DNA of 64,000 nt, taken from positions 64,001 through 128,000 of the IMG/VR virus record IMGVR_UViG_3300035698_018280. One strand, given 5' to 3'. Shown here one piece after another: positions 29,201 to 38,862 of this stretch (position 1 is the first letter of the stretch; every line of letters starts with the position of its first letter). The position numbers were made by a program, and so were the translations under genes. This DNA comes from a virus. Under the pieces are notes generated by a model. The model was not told the DNA's origin, did not search any database, and saw only the letters and a program-made list of their open reading frames with translations.

Positions 29201-32200
29201 GGATATCGAATCTAATATTTATTTGAACAATATCGCTCGATTTCAATGGGTAATCAAAACGAAGGACTTGCTTATCGGGAGAGAATCTAAAACCACGAGT
29301 AATTTTGTTGCCGTTAAGAACGACCTCGTATAGAACATTTTTTGGGATCTCTCGATCTTCAAGGCCAACAATGCGGAAAGTTTGAAGATCATCGTTTCTT
29401 TGAGTCGTTATATCAGTTAGCGAGAAATCTTGACTAGAGAACTGCGTGATCTCTGCACGCTCTGTTTGGAAGGCATCATCAACAAATTCAATCTGATAAA
29501 CAGAACTTGTAACTGCAATAAACAGAACATTAGGATTCTTCCATCTGACTGCCATGACGTTATTGAAACGAGGAACAAATATATCTGGCTTGATATCTTC
29601 GATCCCCCTAATTGGAGCCGTCATATTTCCAAAATCAAGTTTTTCTAATGTAACGCCAGTCATCTTGTCTACGCCTGCTGTTGTTGCTATAAAGCGAACC
29701 GCAGTATTTTTAACAGCAATATCATTGACTTTATTAGAAGACATTCCATTAGACATAGTAAAGACAGTTGTCTGCCCATTCGAAAGTCTTACAAGACCAT
29801 TATTGGTTCCAATCCAAGCAACATCATTAGCATCAATCTTGACGACCTTAACAAGATTGGTTGGCAACCCGTTGTCGGTATTGTATATGATAGCATTTTG
29901 AGCCTCGATGGTTCTTGCTATCGTTGCATTATCTTTATTCGTTTTAATAGTTGCAACAATCTGATCTGTTGACAATACTGTTACGCCCTCGAACGAACCA
30001 ATAAACAGTCTATTACGACTATCTGTTTCTATAGATGTCGCTTCTATTGGTATGCCTGTTCCAGTTATCTTATAGAAGAAAGCGTGATCTATACTTACGA
30101 ATATACCATTGTTTGTAGCGAGGTACATATTGGAATTGCGATCAAAAACAATTCCTTTTATTTCGAGTCCATCAATACCAAACTCTTCGCCTGTAAAGAA
30201 GAATGTTTCATTCGTTCTATTCTTGAAGAATATGAGACCTTCATCAGTTCCTAGCCATGCGTCTCCTCGGTTATTAGAGGCTGTTGACAATACATTGGCG
30301 TTTGGCATATTGACGGTTGCAGGAGAAACAAAACGAATATTGAATGGAGTATAGTTCCCTCCAAGGTAGTATCGCAACTTGCTGATTATGTAACGAACAC
30401 CAATCGTATCTGAAAAATCTCCGAATCTAATTTCTTTGCGAAGGACCATTCCGCTGACATCGATATCTCTATCGAAGTAAGGATCAGGTATAGCTATATT
30501 ATAAACCGAAGCCCATGTTAGATCGAAAACCGCATCGCGAATGTTAGTGAAATGAAGTCCATTGTCTAGAACAACGCCAGTATTAGCAATCATCTGAGAT
30601 TCATAAAGAATATGTAATTGACCATCATAGAAAACCGGAGGAACCGCTGGTCGTCTAGACCAACGAGGATCTGGTTCTTCTATACGAACGTCAAATCCTC
30701 CGCCCCCGCCGCCAACGTTATGAGCCTTATTGCTACTTTCCCACTGTTGAACAGAACGATTGTATCTAGCCAAAAATAGTTCTGGTTGACCAAAGCTAAG
30801 ATTCTGATCTGAAAAATCATTATAAGGACTATACGGATCTACCGCAGTTGTCTCGCCTCTTTCAAAGACGACATATACGCTCGATGTTGCGGCTTCGACG
30901 GATAATTGAGGGAACCTAGAATCAAGATCACCTTTTGTTAGAATAACAATTGCTTTGGGGATAGTAAGTCGAGCATTTGTTATTCTGGCATGAATTTGGT
31001 AAGTGTTACTAACTTCTTCATGCCAGGCAAAGAAAATCAAGCCCTTGGTATCATCGATAATGTCAACAAAATCTGCTCTTGTACTTGATATACCAGAAAC
31101 CAAGAAATCGGAACCACCCTGACCACTACTATTCCAAGATGTATCTATTGTATTAGGAATATTTGTGCCGGCAAGACCTAACTCCGAAGCAGTCGTCTCT
31201 ACTCCTTCTACAGATACAGGCAGTACAGAAGAATCGGACTCTTTTGCATTATCAATTAATTGGACTGATAGCCCAGAAAGGCTACCGCTATTCGATGCCG
31301 CATAAATTTGACTGTTACCATCTTTTGTAAAGGCAGTCCATGCAAGCGTTATATCAACATCGCCTGCTATAATCTTAGGCCTATATGCTCCTGCTGTACT
31401 ATCGCTTATTCGAGTGTCGCTATACCCAAAACCGCTAGATTCCCACTGCCCGTTATTTCCGTTACGACGGCAATAGAAAATTTCAGGCTCAATGAATCTA
31501 TAATCTTCCCAGGCCAAATGAACGTTATTGTTCCTGTCAATAGCTATACTAGGAGCCAAAGAATTTCCTATATCATTTGCTACTAGATAAGGATCGGACC
31601 ATCCGCCTGCTGTTCTCTGAATAACGGATATATCTGTAAAATCAGATTGATGAGTTTCAAATGCAACATAAATAGTTCCATTGTCGTCTATAGCTATGTC
31701 TGGATTCGATGCGCCAAACTCGTCAGAAACAAGCAGCAGCGGAGTTGTCCATCCAGAAGAAGAATCGTACTCAGCAAAGTAGATCTGACGCTTACTTCCA
31801 TCTCCATCATCATGCCATGCGAGATAAATATTACCGCTATCGTCTGTGACGGTCGTAGGCCGCCCTGCGTTCGCTTGAGCAGACGATGGGGAAGTCATCT
31901 TCGACTCGGTTAAAAGCTCATATTCGAGAGACTGAGGGCGTTTGACATATATCTGTATATTTTCATCGCTACCTAGTATTCGAAACCTATTTGCTTCAGT
32001 ATTATCATTTAGAACTGATTTTTGAGCTTCGGTAAAAATAACTTCTTGCGGCAGGAATTTGATATTTTCAAAGAACCTACCATCATTTATAAGCATACCT
32101 GCACCATCAGGAGAACCAACGTCAGAAGGCCTATCATTATCCTCGACATTCTCGACTGTCAAATCAAAATCAACAGTCCATCCCGTCTCGTTATCAACCC

Positions 32201-34721
32201 GGTCAAACCATGGGGTTCCTGGCTTTCTATGAGTGTAAAACCATTTACCGCCTGATGTTTTTGAATAAGGATCTGGATCATATGGATCAACAGCTATAAA
32301 CTCGCCAGGCAATGTAATAGCAACACTCTGGACGATATTTGTCTGAGGGAAAGAATTTAGATTAGAAGCAGGTTGATCATTTAGACCATTGACAGGCTCC
32401 ATGCCAATGAAAATACCTACAAAAGATGCGTCAACCTGAACATGCGGTCCTGTTGGATCATTGAAAATATCAGAAATCTCTTGAAGAGTCTTTCCTATAA
32501 ACGATATTTGCGCAACGATAAAATTGTCAATATTTCTTCTGAATACAATCTGGTTACCAGCAATAGTTACATTAAAATCAAAATTTCCAGTTGGAGCAAA
32601 GGCAAACAACCAAGTCAACTGTAGCCCGCCAATTGTTTGTTCAGTAAACAAGATACGATCATCTATACGGGCTGTATTAGCAAACGTTGTATCAAGAATC
32701 ATTCCCGTCTGAGAATAGCTAATGGCATTGAACGGCAATGTCTGAACGAGTTCCCAACCTGATTTTTTAGGATCAAAACCAGATGAAAATGTATCATTGA
32801 TATCAAAACTCGCAAGAAAGAAGTTTTCAAAATAACTTGCTCCCTTTGAATGAGATATATATGTAAATACATCATTTGGCGAACCGCTTAATGAATTTAC
32901 CTTTATCGCAAACTGATCAATATTTTCAGTTGAAGCAAGAACAGGAATTTCTGTTTCAACAATCTTGTATATCTTGCCGCTCTCGTTTAGAATGCGAGGA
33001 TTGACAGATACAAGAACATCTCCTTCATGTTCAATGATGTCGCTAACCGAACTTCCTACAAAATTGATGAATGATTCCAAAGCAAGTTCGGTATAAGTAG
33101 AAGAATCATTATCTGGATCAAAAGAGCCAGCTACCGTATAAACGATTCTCTTAAAAAACCCTGTTGTTTCAGAATCGGCTTCGCCGCCAACCTCAATAAA
33201 ACGATCAGCAGCAGATATTACAAACTCATCTGTTCCATCAAGAGCCAACTGATTGTCTATGTAAACCTTGATTGAGTTGTTCTGGGCAGTAATGATATAG
33301 TTGTGATTTACCGTGCCATCAACAGCGAAAGTTTTAACATTACTCTTACCAAGCAATAAGTCTGCTCTTGCAGCATACAATCGAAGTTCTGCAAAGTAGC
33401 TACCATCTCCGATTGATATTCTTTGAAAACTCTCGCCGCCCTCTATTCGGAAAGCTGCTTCTATTGTCCATCCTGTTGAGTTATTTACAGATGTCTCCCA
33501 TAAGGATCCTGCAAGCCTGAAGTGGGAAGTTATAGGATTATCAAACACATCGATCTGATCATTAGCAGCAACAGTTACATAATAATCAACACCTCTTTCA
33601 ACTACGTTATCCGGTATAGTAAACTTTTCATCAAACGTTTCAACAACTTGTTCAAAAATGTTATTAGCTTGCGGCGCTGTTCCGATCTGAATAAGCGCAT
33701 AACGAGAACTTCTATTGATAGGTTCAAGAACATCCCATTCAATAGTAGGATTGGCGCTGCTGACGCTAATATTCTCGGATTGTCCATCTACTCGAAGACC
33801 TAAGATACGAAAACCGCCATCAACAATAATAACAGGTTCAGATGATATTAAATTTCCATCAAATATTCCATCGCTAGGAGTAATCTCGTACCAAACCTCA
33901 TCGCCAGGAACCAATTCAAAACGAACAACTTTAAAATCTGCTGCTTCTGGTCGCTCTGTTCCATTGACATACCAGGTTATTTTACTTTTATCATCAAGAA
34001 GAACTGTTCCTGTGTTTCTATCAATTGGAGAATATGATGCTTCAAGAATGTCATAGGTATTAGGATTTCTTGGAAGCACTTCGATTTGCTCGGCGGTGGG
34101 GGATAGCTTCTGTACAAGAATAGCGTTTGAATCAATCGACGCTCCTCTTTCAAGCAAATCAAACGGAGTAACCTGAGCAAACCATACATCGTTAAATCTT
34201 AGGTAATCATTAGATATATTGTCATAGTCATCAAACTGCGACATATGAACGCCATTCTTAAACCATTTTATGCCTGCAGAGCCAGCCTCATTGAGAGTAT
34301 ATATTAGCGATAGATCATCGCTTGTTGATGGTTCTATAGGAGAAAGGGCTACATCGCTAACAAACGGTAGAGCATTGACTCGGAACTGGAATACAAACCA
34401 GGGACTATCGTTGCCGATCGTATCTCTTAGTCTAATCTGTCCATAATAGAGAGTACCTCTGTCAATATACTTGGTCCTCAGACGCCATGAGCGACCCTGT
34501 GCTGGCGTAAATTGCTGTCTGAAAATATCAGGTAGAAATAAATCTGTTCCTATAGAAGCATTATGCGTAGCTATCCTGATTTCAAAGAAAGCTTGTCTAA
34601 CCGTTCTGGAATTTGTTTCATAATCCCAATTGATTGTAAGAGGCGCATAGCGAATATCTATAGGAGCGCCAGGGGCAAACCCATTGTTATTAACAAACAG
34701 TTTTGTAATAGTAATTGCCAT
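26295..34721 (-). CDS. giant virion protein, 2808 aa: A9-like Ig x2, ConA/LamG-like x2, BNR-type propeller, Reg_prop-type propeller, a further propeller, C-terminal duplicated domain
   Basis: GWTIEAAFR/GWTVDFDL lectin-like repeats; HLAWED/YLAWHD blades; AWLGTDEGL and NGLPTNLV..WIGTNNGL (two-component regulator propeller type). Confidence 0.8.
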   Translation of the reverse strand: MAITITKLFVNNNGFAPGAPIDIRYAPLTINWDYETNSRTVRQAFFEIRIATHNASIGTDLFLPDIFRQQFTPAQGRSWRLRTKYIDRGTLYYGQIRLRDTIGNDSPWFVFQFRVNALPFVSDVALSPIEPSTSDDLSLIYTLNEAGSAGIKWFKNGVHMSQFDDYDNISNDYLRFNDVWFAQVTPFDLLERGASIDSNAILVQKLSPTAEQIEVLPRNPNTYDILEASYSPIDRNTGTVLLDDKSKITWYVNGTERPEAADFKVVRFELVPGDEVWYEITPSDGIFDGNLISSEPVIIVDGGFRILGLRVDGQSENISVSSANPTIEWDVLEPINRSSRYALIQIGTAPQANNIFEQVVETFDEKFTIPDNVVERGVDYYVTVAANDQIDVFDNPITSHFRLAGSLWETSVNNSTGWTIEAAFRIEGGESFQRISIGDGSYFAELRLYAARADLLLGKSNVKTFAVDGTVNHNYIITAQNNSIKVYIDNQLALDGTDEFVISAADRFIEVGGEADSETTGFFKRIVYTVAGSFDPDNDSSTYTELALESFINFVGSSVSDIIEHEGDVLVSVNPRILNESGKIYKIVETEIPVLASTENIDQFAIKVNSLSGSPNDVFTYISHSKGASYFENFFLASFDINDTFSSGFDPKKSGWELVQTLPFNAISYSQTGMILDTTFANTARIDDRILFTEQTIGGLQLTWLFAFAPTGNFDFNVTIAGNQIVFRRNIDNFIVAQISFIGKTLQEISDIFNDPTGPHVQVDASFVGIFIGMEPVNGLNDQPASNLNSFPQTNIVQSVAITLPGEFIAVDPYDPDPYSKTSGGKWFYTHRKPGTPWFDRVDNETGWTVDFDLTVENVEDNDRPSDVGSPDGAGMLINDGRFFENIKFLPQEVIFTEAQKSVLNDNTEANRFRILGSDENIQIYVKRPQSLEYELLTESKMTSPSSAQANAGRPTTVTDDSGNIYLAWHDDGDGSKRQIYFAEYDSSSGWTTPLLLVSDEFGASNPDIAIDDNGTIYVAFETHQSDFTDISVIQRTAGGWSDPYLVANDIGNSLAPSIAIDRNNNVHLAWEDYRFIEPEIFYCRRNGNNGQWESSGFGYSDTRISDSTAGAYRPKIIAGDVDITLAWTAFTKDGNSQIYAASNSGSLSGLSVQLIDNAKESDSSVLPVSVEGVETTASELGLAGTNIPNTIDTSWNSSGQGGSDFLVSGISSTRADFVDIIDDTKGLIFFAWHEEVSNTYQIHARITNARLTIPKAIVILTKGDLDSRFPQLSVEAATSSVYVVFERGETTAVDPYSPYNDFSDQNLSFGQPELFLARYNRSVQQWESSNKAHNVGGGGGGFDVRIEEPDPRWSRRPAVPPVFYDGQLHILYESQMIANTGVVLDNGLHFTNIRDAVFDLTWASVYNIAIPDPYFDRDIDVSGMVLRKEIRFGDFSDTIGVRYIISKLRYYLGGNYTPFNIRFVSPATVNMPNANVLSTASNNRGDAWLGTDEGLIFFKNRTNETFFFTGEEFGIDGLEIKGIVFDRNSNMYLATNNGIFVSIDHAFFYKITGTGIPIEATSIETDSRNRLFIGSFEGVTVLSTDQIVATIKTNKDNATIARTIEAQNAIIYNTDNGLPTNLVKVVKIDANDVAWIGTNNGLVRLSNGQTTVFTMSNGMSSNKVNDIAVKNTAVRFIATTAGVDKMTGVTLEKLDFGNMTAPIRGIEDIKPDIFVPRFNNVMAVRWKNPNVLFIAVTSSVYQIEFVDDAFQTERAEITQFSSQDFSLTDITTQRNDDLQTFRIVGLEDREIPKNVLYEVVLNGNKITRGFRFSPDKQVLRFDYPLKSSDIVQINIRFDIQLVNDFKQNDAAKIALGNQSTRIEKLLSARGGIYAQTGGDINTLQLNDETTDLPFDRITLDTIPPVGQIRIGEQVDQTRFRININPILEGDEYLPFDATSGIDKLVVSNFTNFSEDGETPLDPIPFVTSISDFDLGVVFDSITQEFEFPIGNGSSIYRWDRLDGSQKMVAGTASPSSIYIFDAITETWSLKATIDDGNTDSQINFITQYQGTLIIGTGIEGGIGKLWASTDGENYAIIGTLPVAHAYDAVELESKLYIGAGGDIGQLYSWDGLQFELVFDNISGGILSMVVAKGEIYAGTESEGRIYRLDPSNSTQQILDVNADSRILSLGFAEVNDKKFVFSGTGSSATIRRSKLPDNAFVHSFKTINAPVYAMRNVGGTLYASIGNTLFALENVWNAKFTHTEGIKDIAIGLGDVPWFISDGFIFKVGATTSVKNVYMKMIDRAGNETSLFLDENQTELDPTLFDSITLEQLVEFTNRNRILEVDEFGNTLPEFTVSGDDRFYSADKVDEERGTYFSEIFNGTNSLVSWDRISWIATIPENTSLTVFVRTGNTRDEVLDKDFEIEINGLDESADISFISGQYLQFKVVMDSSIRGLSPSLQSVIVRSIASDSTHFFTTNFVLPSRVKSGILTSTKMIPIAADIVFGVNANNSVDFADYQVIDENRIFTTADDQIGDNLRVAIKLITPSKGESIADDFGEYGPYDTALSFNAIQWANTNSSGSDDTFQYRVSFYDDFSLSEPVYIAYSGESTLGFTDDGDIFQSTGSILAAGSTKEYSFVPVGENPIRCNTFYFIKVEEQNGSSIFSTIFDNRSFIEACGTTYVDIIDFDFTNSGIADDFHFRVRFYKNAERTDLLTTAYSGNDTSGWIADDADFPGSGLTILGGQTKTITYQPPTLSTFETGVTYYLSIDVFDGLQFINNSNSFTFRARDIDTDIYCGPYVDVPVVKNFSVMFELEGNQFVTLKIT

Positions 34722-34730
34722 CTACTTTTC

Positions 34731-35831
34731 TCAGATCCTCGCTGAAGCCTTGAATAATTTAAGAGCCCCGTCTTCTACATCAACAACTGCATCCGAAGCT
34801 AATAATCTCTTCTTAACAAAATTGATTTCCTCTCGATTAGAGAAGTCTCTCCTTGATCTCCACATCGTCCTATCTCCCCTAAACACCTTACCATCTGTAC
34901 GGCCAGCATAGATATTTTTACCATTGCTATATACGCTTGAAATATCTATAGTTGTTGGATCGTCATATGCGAACGATTGATAAATTTCTTCAATATTAGC
35001 AAGAATCTCATTGATAACAAACTCGCTTCCCAGATTTATATGTCTAGCAATTATCTGTGTATCAGCAACGAATACTGACTGTAGTACCAGTTCGTCCAAT
35101 AATCCAAAATTGCCTCTTACCAATGTGTTATGACCAATTGCTGATTTATTAATATGCAATGGGGTGTTTACATTAGAATTCAATGAAGAAGGAACCCCTG
35201 TCCCTTCAACAAGAGTTAGATCCTGAGAGACGCCATCAATAAACACCCTAATTTGGCCTGCTGAACCGCTGTATGCTATCCAGAAATGATGAAAAACACC
35301 CGTTTCATATTCCGGAGTTTCATAAATAACTTCATTGCCTATAGACGACTGAAGAAGAACATACATGACGTTCTTATTATTCTCTCTGCTCTCTTCGTAA
35401 ATAACAAAATCGGTCTCATCAGGAACGGTCTCGATCATTCCGCTTGACGACAATTGGAACTGCCCTCGGTCGATCAATCCCATGCGATAATAATTTGACA
35501 AACCTGTTTGAGGATTGACTGTTGGATTTATATTTACCGATTTCAGCCAGAACCCAAGAGAAAAGGCATTCAAAATCGAAGCATCAAACTGATGAGATAT
35601 TTCAACCAGAGGCTTCATTCGAAGACCATTGCCAAAAGCTCCGCTCTCAACAAAGATGCTATCTTGTCCTGATTTAGTTACAATCAAGCTACCTCCGCTG
35701 ATTTCATCAACCAATGGAGTATTCTCGAATTTAGCAAACATAACAAATGTTGGATCGATATCCGCAGAAGCCACTGACCCTGAAGAATAGGATATATTGT
35801 TTATCGAAGCAGATGTTGAAAAAAACGGCAT
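34731..35831 (-). CDS. LamG/concanavalin-like domain virion protein, 366 aa
   Basis: FSLGFWLK..FHHFWIAY..VFIDG..GLLDEL pattern. Confidence 0.75.
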   Translation of the reverse strand: MPFFSTSASINNISYSSGSVASADIDPTFVMFAKFENTPLVDEISGGSLIVTKSGQDSIFVESGAFGNGLRMKPLVEISHQFDASILNAFSLGFWLKSVNINPTVNPQTGLSNYYRMGLIDRGQFQLSSSGMIETVPDETDFVIYEESRENNKNVMYVLLQSSIGNEVIYETPEYETGVFHHFWIAYSGSAGQIRVFIDGVSQDLTLVEGTGVPSSLNSNVNTPLHINKSAIGHNTLVRGNFGLLDELVLQSVFVADTQIIARHINLGSEFVINEILANIEEIYQSFAYDDPTTIDISSVYSNGKNIYAGRTDGKVFRGDRTMWRSRRDFSNREEINFVKKRLLASDAVVDVEDGALKLFKASARI

Positions 35832-35833
35832 AA

Positions 35834-37420
35834 TTAAACCTTACTAAAACTCAGTGATACAAACATTCTGTTATTCAAAAAGAAATCATTACTATCATCA
35901 ATTTTTCTTTCTACCCAAATATAAACTACTTCTCCAGGATGAAGATTGCTTCCATTGAGTCTAGCACCGCTGACATCTATATCTACTCCATTTTGCGTAA
36001 ACGTTGCAGAAGAAAAATCACTGATTGTAAACGGTGCCGTATCTGGCAACGACATTCCCGTTATTGGTGGGATTTTACCAGATGGTATCAACTGAGCAGG
36101 AGCGGTATCAACTGTGTATTCATGACCAGAACTGATATCAAATGGCCATGGTTCTCCAAAGAAGAAAGTACCTGTAGCTCCATCATAGCTTGATACAATC
36201 CTAGTTTGAGACTCATTTGGACCGCTATCAAAAGTTAGAGCAGCCGTCTTGAAATGGTCATCTACATGAACGCCGGCAAGCGTGGACTCAACAAGGTAAG
36301 TAGTCGATCCATCATTAGCAACAGACTGAAGTCGTTCGCTGCGAGGGATTTCGATAGCAAATCGAGGATTCGACAAACTATTTCTACTGGCAAGTTTGAA
36401 AAATACCTTCACGCTTCTAGCTATTTCTGTTTCATGATCATTTCTGATAGCAAAACATCTGTACTGGCTGTTACTATCGCTAAAAACAGCATTAAAGACA
36501 TCGTTACTAACAAGACCAATAATCTTTATGCCATCAGGATGAAATCTAATCGGAGTTCCAAAAGCATTTCTCTCAGAAATAGTAGCAACAGAATCATTCC
36601 ATTCTGAAATTCTTATAATCTCATCACCGATCTGAATTATGCTGAATTCCGTAAGTTCTTCATCCTCAGTCTCAAGTACCAAATCATAAAAAGAAACCGA
36701 ACCTCTAAGAGTTGATTCTTTATAGATCCGTGTAGGGCTAGTATACCCGCCAATTGACTGGCTAGGATTTGCCTGAGCTAATCCTGGTTCAACAGTAGTG
36801 TAATAATAGCGAATAGCGTCTTTAAGACCCTCGTTAGGCGTTGGGGCCTCGCAATCATCTCTTTTGAAAAAATACGCCCAACGCTCAGTCGCATCAAGAA
36901 CAGGGCTTTCCTTCAAACAACGTACATCAAGAAACTGAGAACCATTTAAAACCTGCGCCTGTACGCCATTATACCTCTGTAGCGCTAGGGCTAATGATCT
37001 AAGAGGTTGTCCAGTAAGATGTTGTCGAATAATGTTTGCAACCTCACCATCATCAGTCTCAAAAATACCAGATAATGTAGATATGTCGTTAGTATCATCA
37101 GAAGCTCCCTGTATAAACATGCGAGCGTTTATATACGGCAGATAAGGATCAACCTTTGAAAATGAAATTCTAAGAACAGCATCAGTTAAATCATTTTCAC
37201 TAAGATATGCTGCTACGTCTCCATTATCAATACCAACAATAACAGTATCGCTATCGCCTGTTCCAGAAGGCAAAGAAGGCTTGAGCTTGTCGATGTCTTT
37301 ACCAACAACCTCTGCACCGCCGCCCGCAAAGCCATCATCAAATCCCGGTAAGCCCTTGCTTCCTTCAGTAACTTTGCTTGCTGAACTGAATATAGATGTT
37401 TTTTTAGTAATGTCTGCCAT
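35834..37420 (-). CDS. phage structural protein, 528 aa
   Basis: NPSQSIGGYTS..QYRCFAIRN..YIWVERK scaffold resembling phage tail-associated domains, with small beta inserts; TAATG coupling at its start. Confidence 0.7.
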   Translation of the reverse strand: MADITKKTSIFSSASKVTEGSKGLPGFDDGFAGGGAEVVGKDIDKLKPSLPSGTGDSDTVIVGIDNGDVAAYLSENDLTDAVLRISFSKVDPYLPYINARMFIQGASDDTNDISTLSGIFETDDGEVANIIRQHLTGQPLRSLALALQRYNGVQAQVLNGSQFLDVRCLKESPVLDATERWAYFFKRDDCEAPTPNEGLKDAIRYYYTTVEPGLAQANPSQSIGGYTSPTRIYKESTLRGSVSFYDLVLETEDEELTEFSIIQIGDEIIRISEWNDSVATISERNAFGTPIRFHPDGIKIIGLVSNDVFNAVFSDSNSQYRCFAIRNDHETEIARSVKVFFKLASRNSLSNPRFAIEIPRSERLQSVANDGSTTYLVESTLAGVHVDDHFKTAALTFDSGPNESQTRIVSSYDGATGTFFFGEPWPFDISSGHEYTVDTAPAQLIPSGKIPPITGMSLPDTAPFTISDFSSATFTQNGVDIDVSGARLNGSNLHPGEVVYIWVERKIDDSNDFFLNNRMFVSLSFSKV

Positions 37421-38853
37421 TATACTTCTACCTCAACAAAGGCTATACCGTCATATATGAAAATAGATGAAGAGTTTCTAAGCAAAACATATAGCAGAGA
37501 CCCATCTGAATAAAGACGCTCTACTGGCGCATTGAAAGTATTCAAAAGGTTAACGGCTGTTTCATCATAAACGTACAACCCTCCTCCTAGCGATCCTAGA
37601 TATAGTTTTCCTTTATAAGAATTCATCGACAGTATCTCTGAAGACGGATCAGTCAGGCTAATAACCTCGCTAGCTTCTGATCCAGTATATCTGAAAATTC
37701 TAGCAGTATCATCTTCTGTTTGAACCGCAATATATACAACAGAGTTCAAAATTGCCAATGCATTGATGGGGTCATTTAACTTTGCCGCAAAACTTGTTCC
37801 CTCTTCAATCTTATATAAAGCGGGCTCTTCTCCATTGTAAGCTAACCAAATCGTATCATTAGAAGCCTGATAAATAACATCAGCAACATCCTTGTTATCA
37901 ACATCAAAGAAGACTCTAAAACTTTTCTGTATATCAGTTGTTCTATTGCCTCCGTAGTCTTGGAAAAGAATTTTGAGAGTCTTAGTCCCATCTTCTTCTG
38001 TTAACTTGACATATTTTACATTAACAAAACCTTCTGCAGAACCTACTTCTTCGCCTTCTTGGAACTGCATTGAATGAGTTCCTGTTATTTCATCAAACGA
38101 AAACAACTTGACTGAAACATCTCTTTCTCTAGTATACTCGTCTCCCTCGTTGATCTGTAAAAATCCCGCAGGAGGCTTAGTATCAATTAGGAAGAAACCT
38201 TCATTGATAACCTGTATATCTCGAACATTGATTTCAGATGACTTGTTGCCTTTATCATCAGAAAGATATACGGTCAGAACATAATCATCAGAAGGCTTCA
38301 ATGTTGAAATATCCCAAACAATCGGACCTGACCCAACTGGTATTTTCTGAGCGATTGGGGACAGAGGTATATCAGCCTTGTCTGAACTGAAGAAGATGTA
38401 ATACTTAGCTCGTTGACCAAAAGTCCCTCTAACCGCATTATCATCAAGAACGATTTCTATAGTTCTGCCATAACGTCCTTGCGGAACAGGATTAATAACC
38501 GCAGGCGTTGGAGGAGAAGCCCTTCGAACAGTAAACTCGCTTGCAGAGATAGACCAATCGCTACGTTCGCCGCGAGCATTGACCGCAGCTATAGCAACTC
38601 GAACTTTTTCGCTACTAAGATAGTTTCCAATCTCCCATAGATAAGACTTATTACCAGAAGGTATCGAAGCTATCATCTTCCAATCAGGCTCATCGAGTTG
38701 GTCATAGAATTCAGAATAATATATCTGATACCATACGGCCAGGCCATCATTAGAAGGAGGTATAATCTCTTCCCAACTGATCTCAATAGCTCGCGTAAGA
38801 ATATCTTCGCCGCCATTAGGAAATATAAGAGTTGGTTTGTTTGGTTGAGCCAT
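37420..38853 (-). CDS. virion protein, 477 aa: PNGGE Ig/FN3-like domains, DTKPP Ig domain, C-terminal propeller
   Basis: PNGGEDIL..ISWE; DTKPPAGFLQINEG..FQDYGGN; YKGKLYLGS propeller blades. Confidence 0.75.
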   Translation of the reverse strand: MAQPNKPTLIFPNGGEDILTRAIEISWEEIIPPSNDGLAVWYQIYYSEFYDQLDEPDWKMIASIPSGNKSYLWEIGNYLSSEKVRVAIAAVNARGERSDWSISASEFTVRRASPPTPAVINPVPQGRYGRTIEIVLDDNAVRGTFGQRAKYYIFFSSDKADIPLSPIAQKIPVGSGPIVWDISTLKPSDDYVLTVYLSDDKGNKSSEINVRDIQVINEGFFLIDTKPPAGFLQINEGDEYTRERDVSVKLFSFDEITGTHSMQFQEGEEVGSAEGFVNVKYVKLTEEDGTKTLKILFQDYGGNRTTDIQKSFRVFFDVDNKDVADVIYQASNDTIWLAYNGEEPALYKIEEGTSFAAKLNDPINALAILNSVVYIAVQTEDDTARIFRYTGSEASEVISLTDPSSEILSMNSYKGKLYLGSLGGGLYVYDETAVNLLNTFNAPVERLYSDGSLLYVLLRNSSSIFIYDGIAFVEVEV

Positions 38854-38862
38854 TCGTTATCC

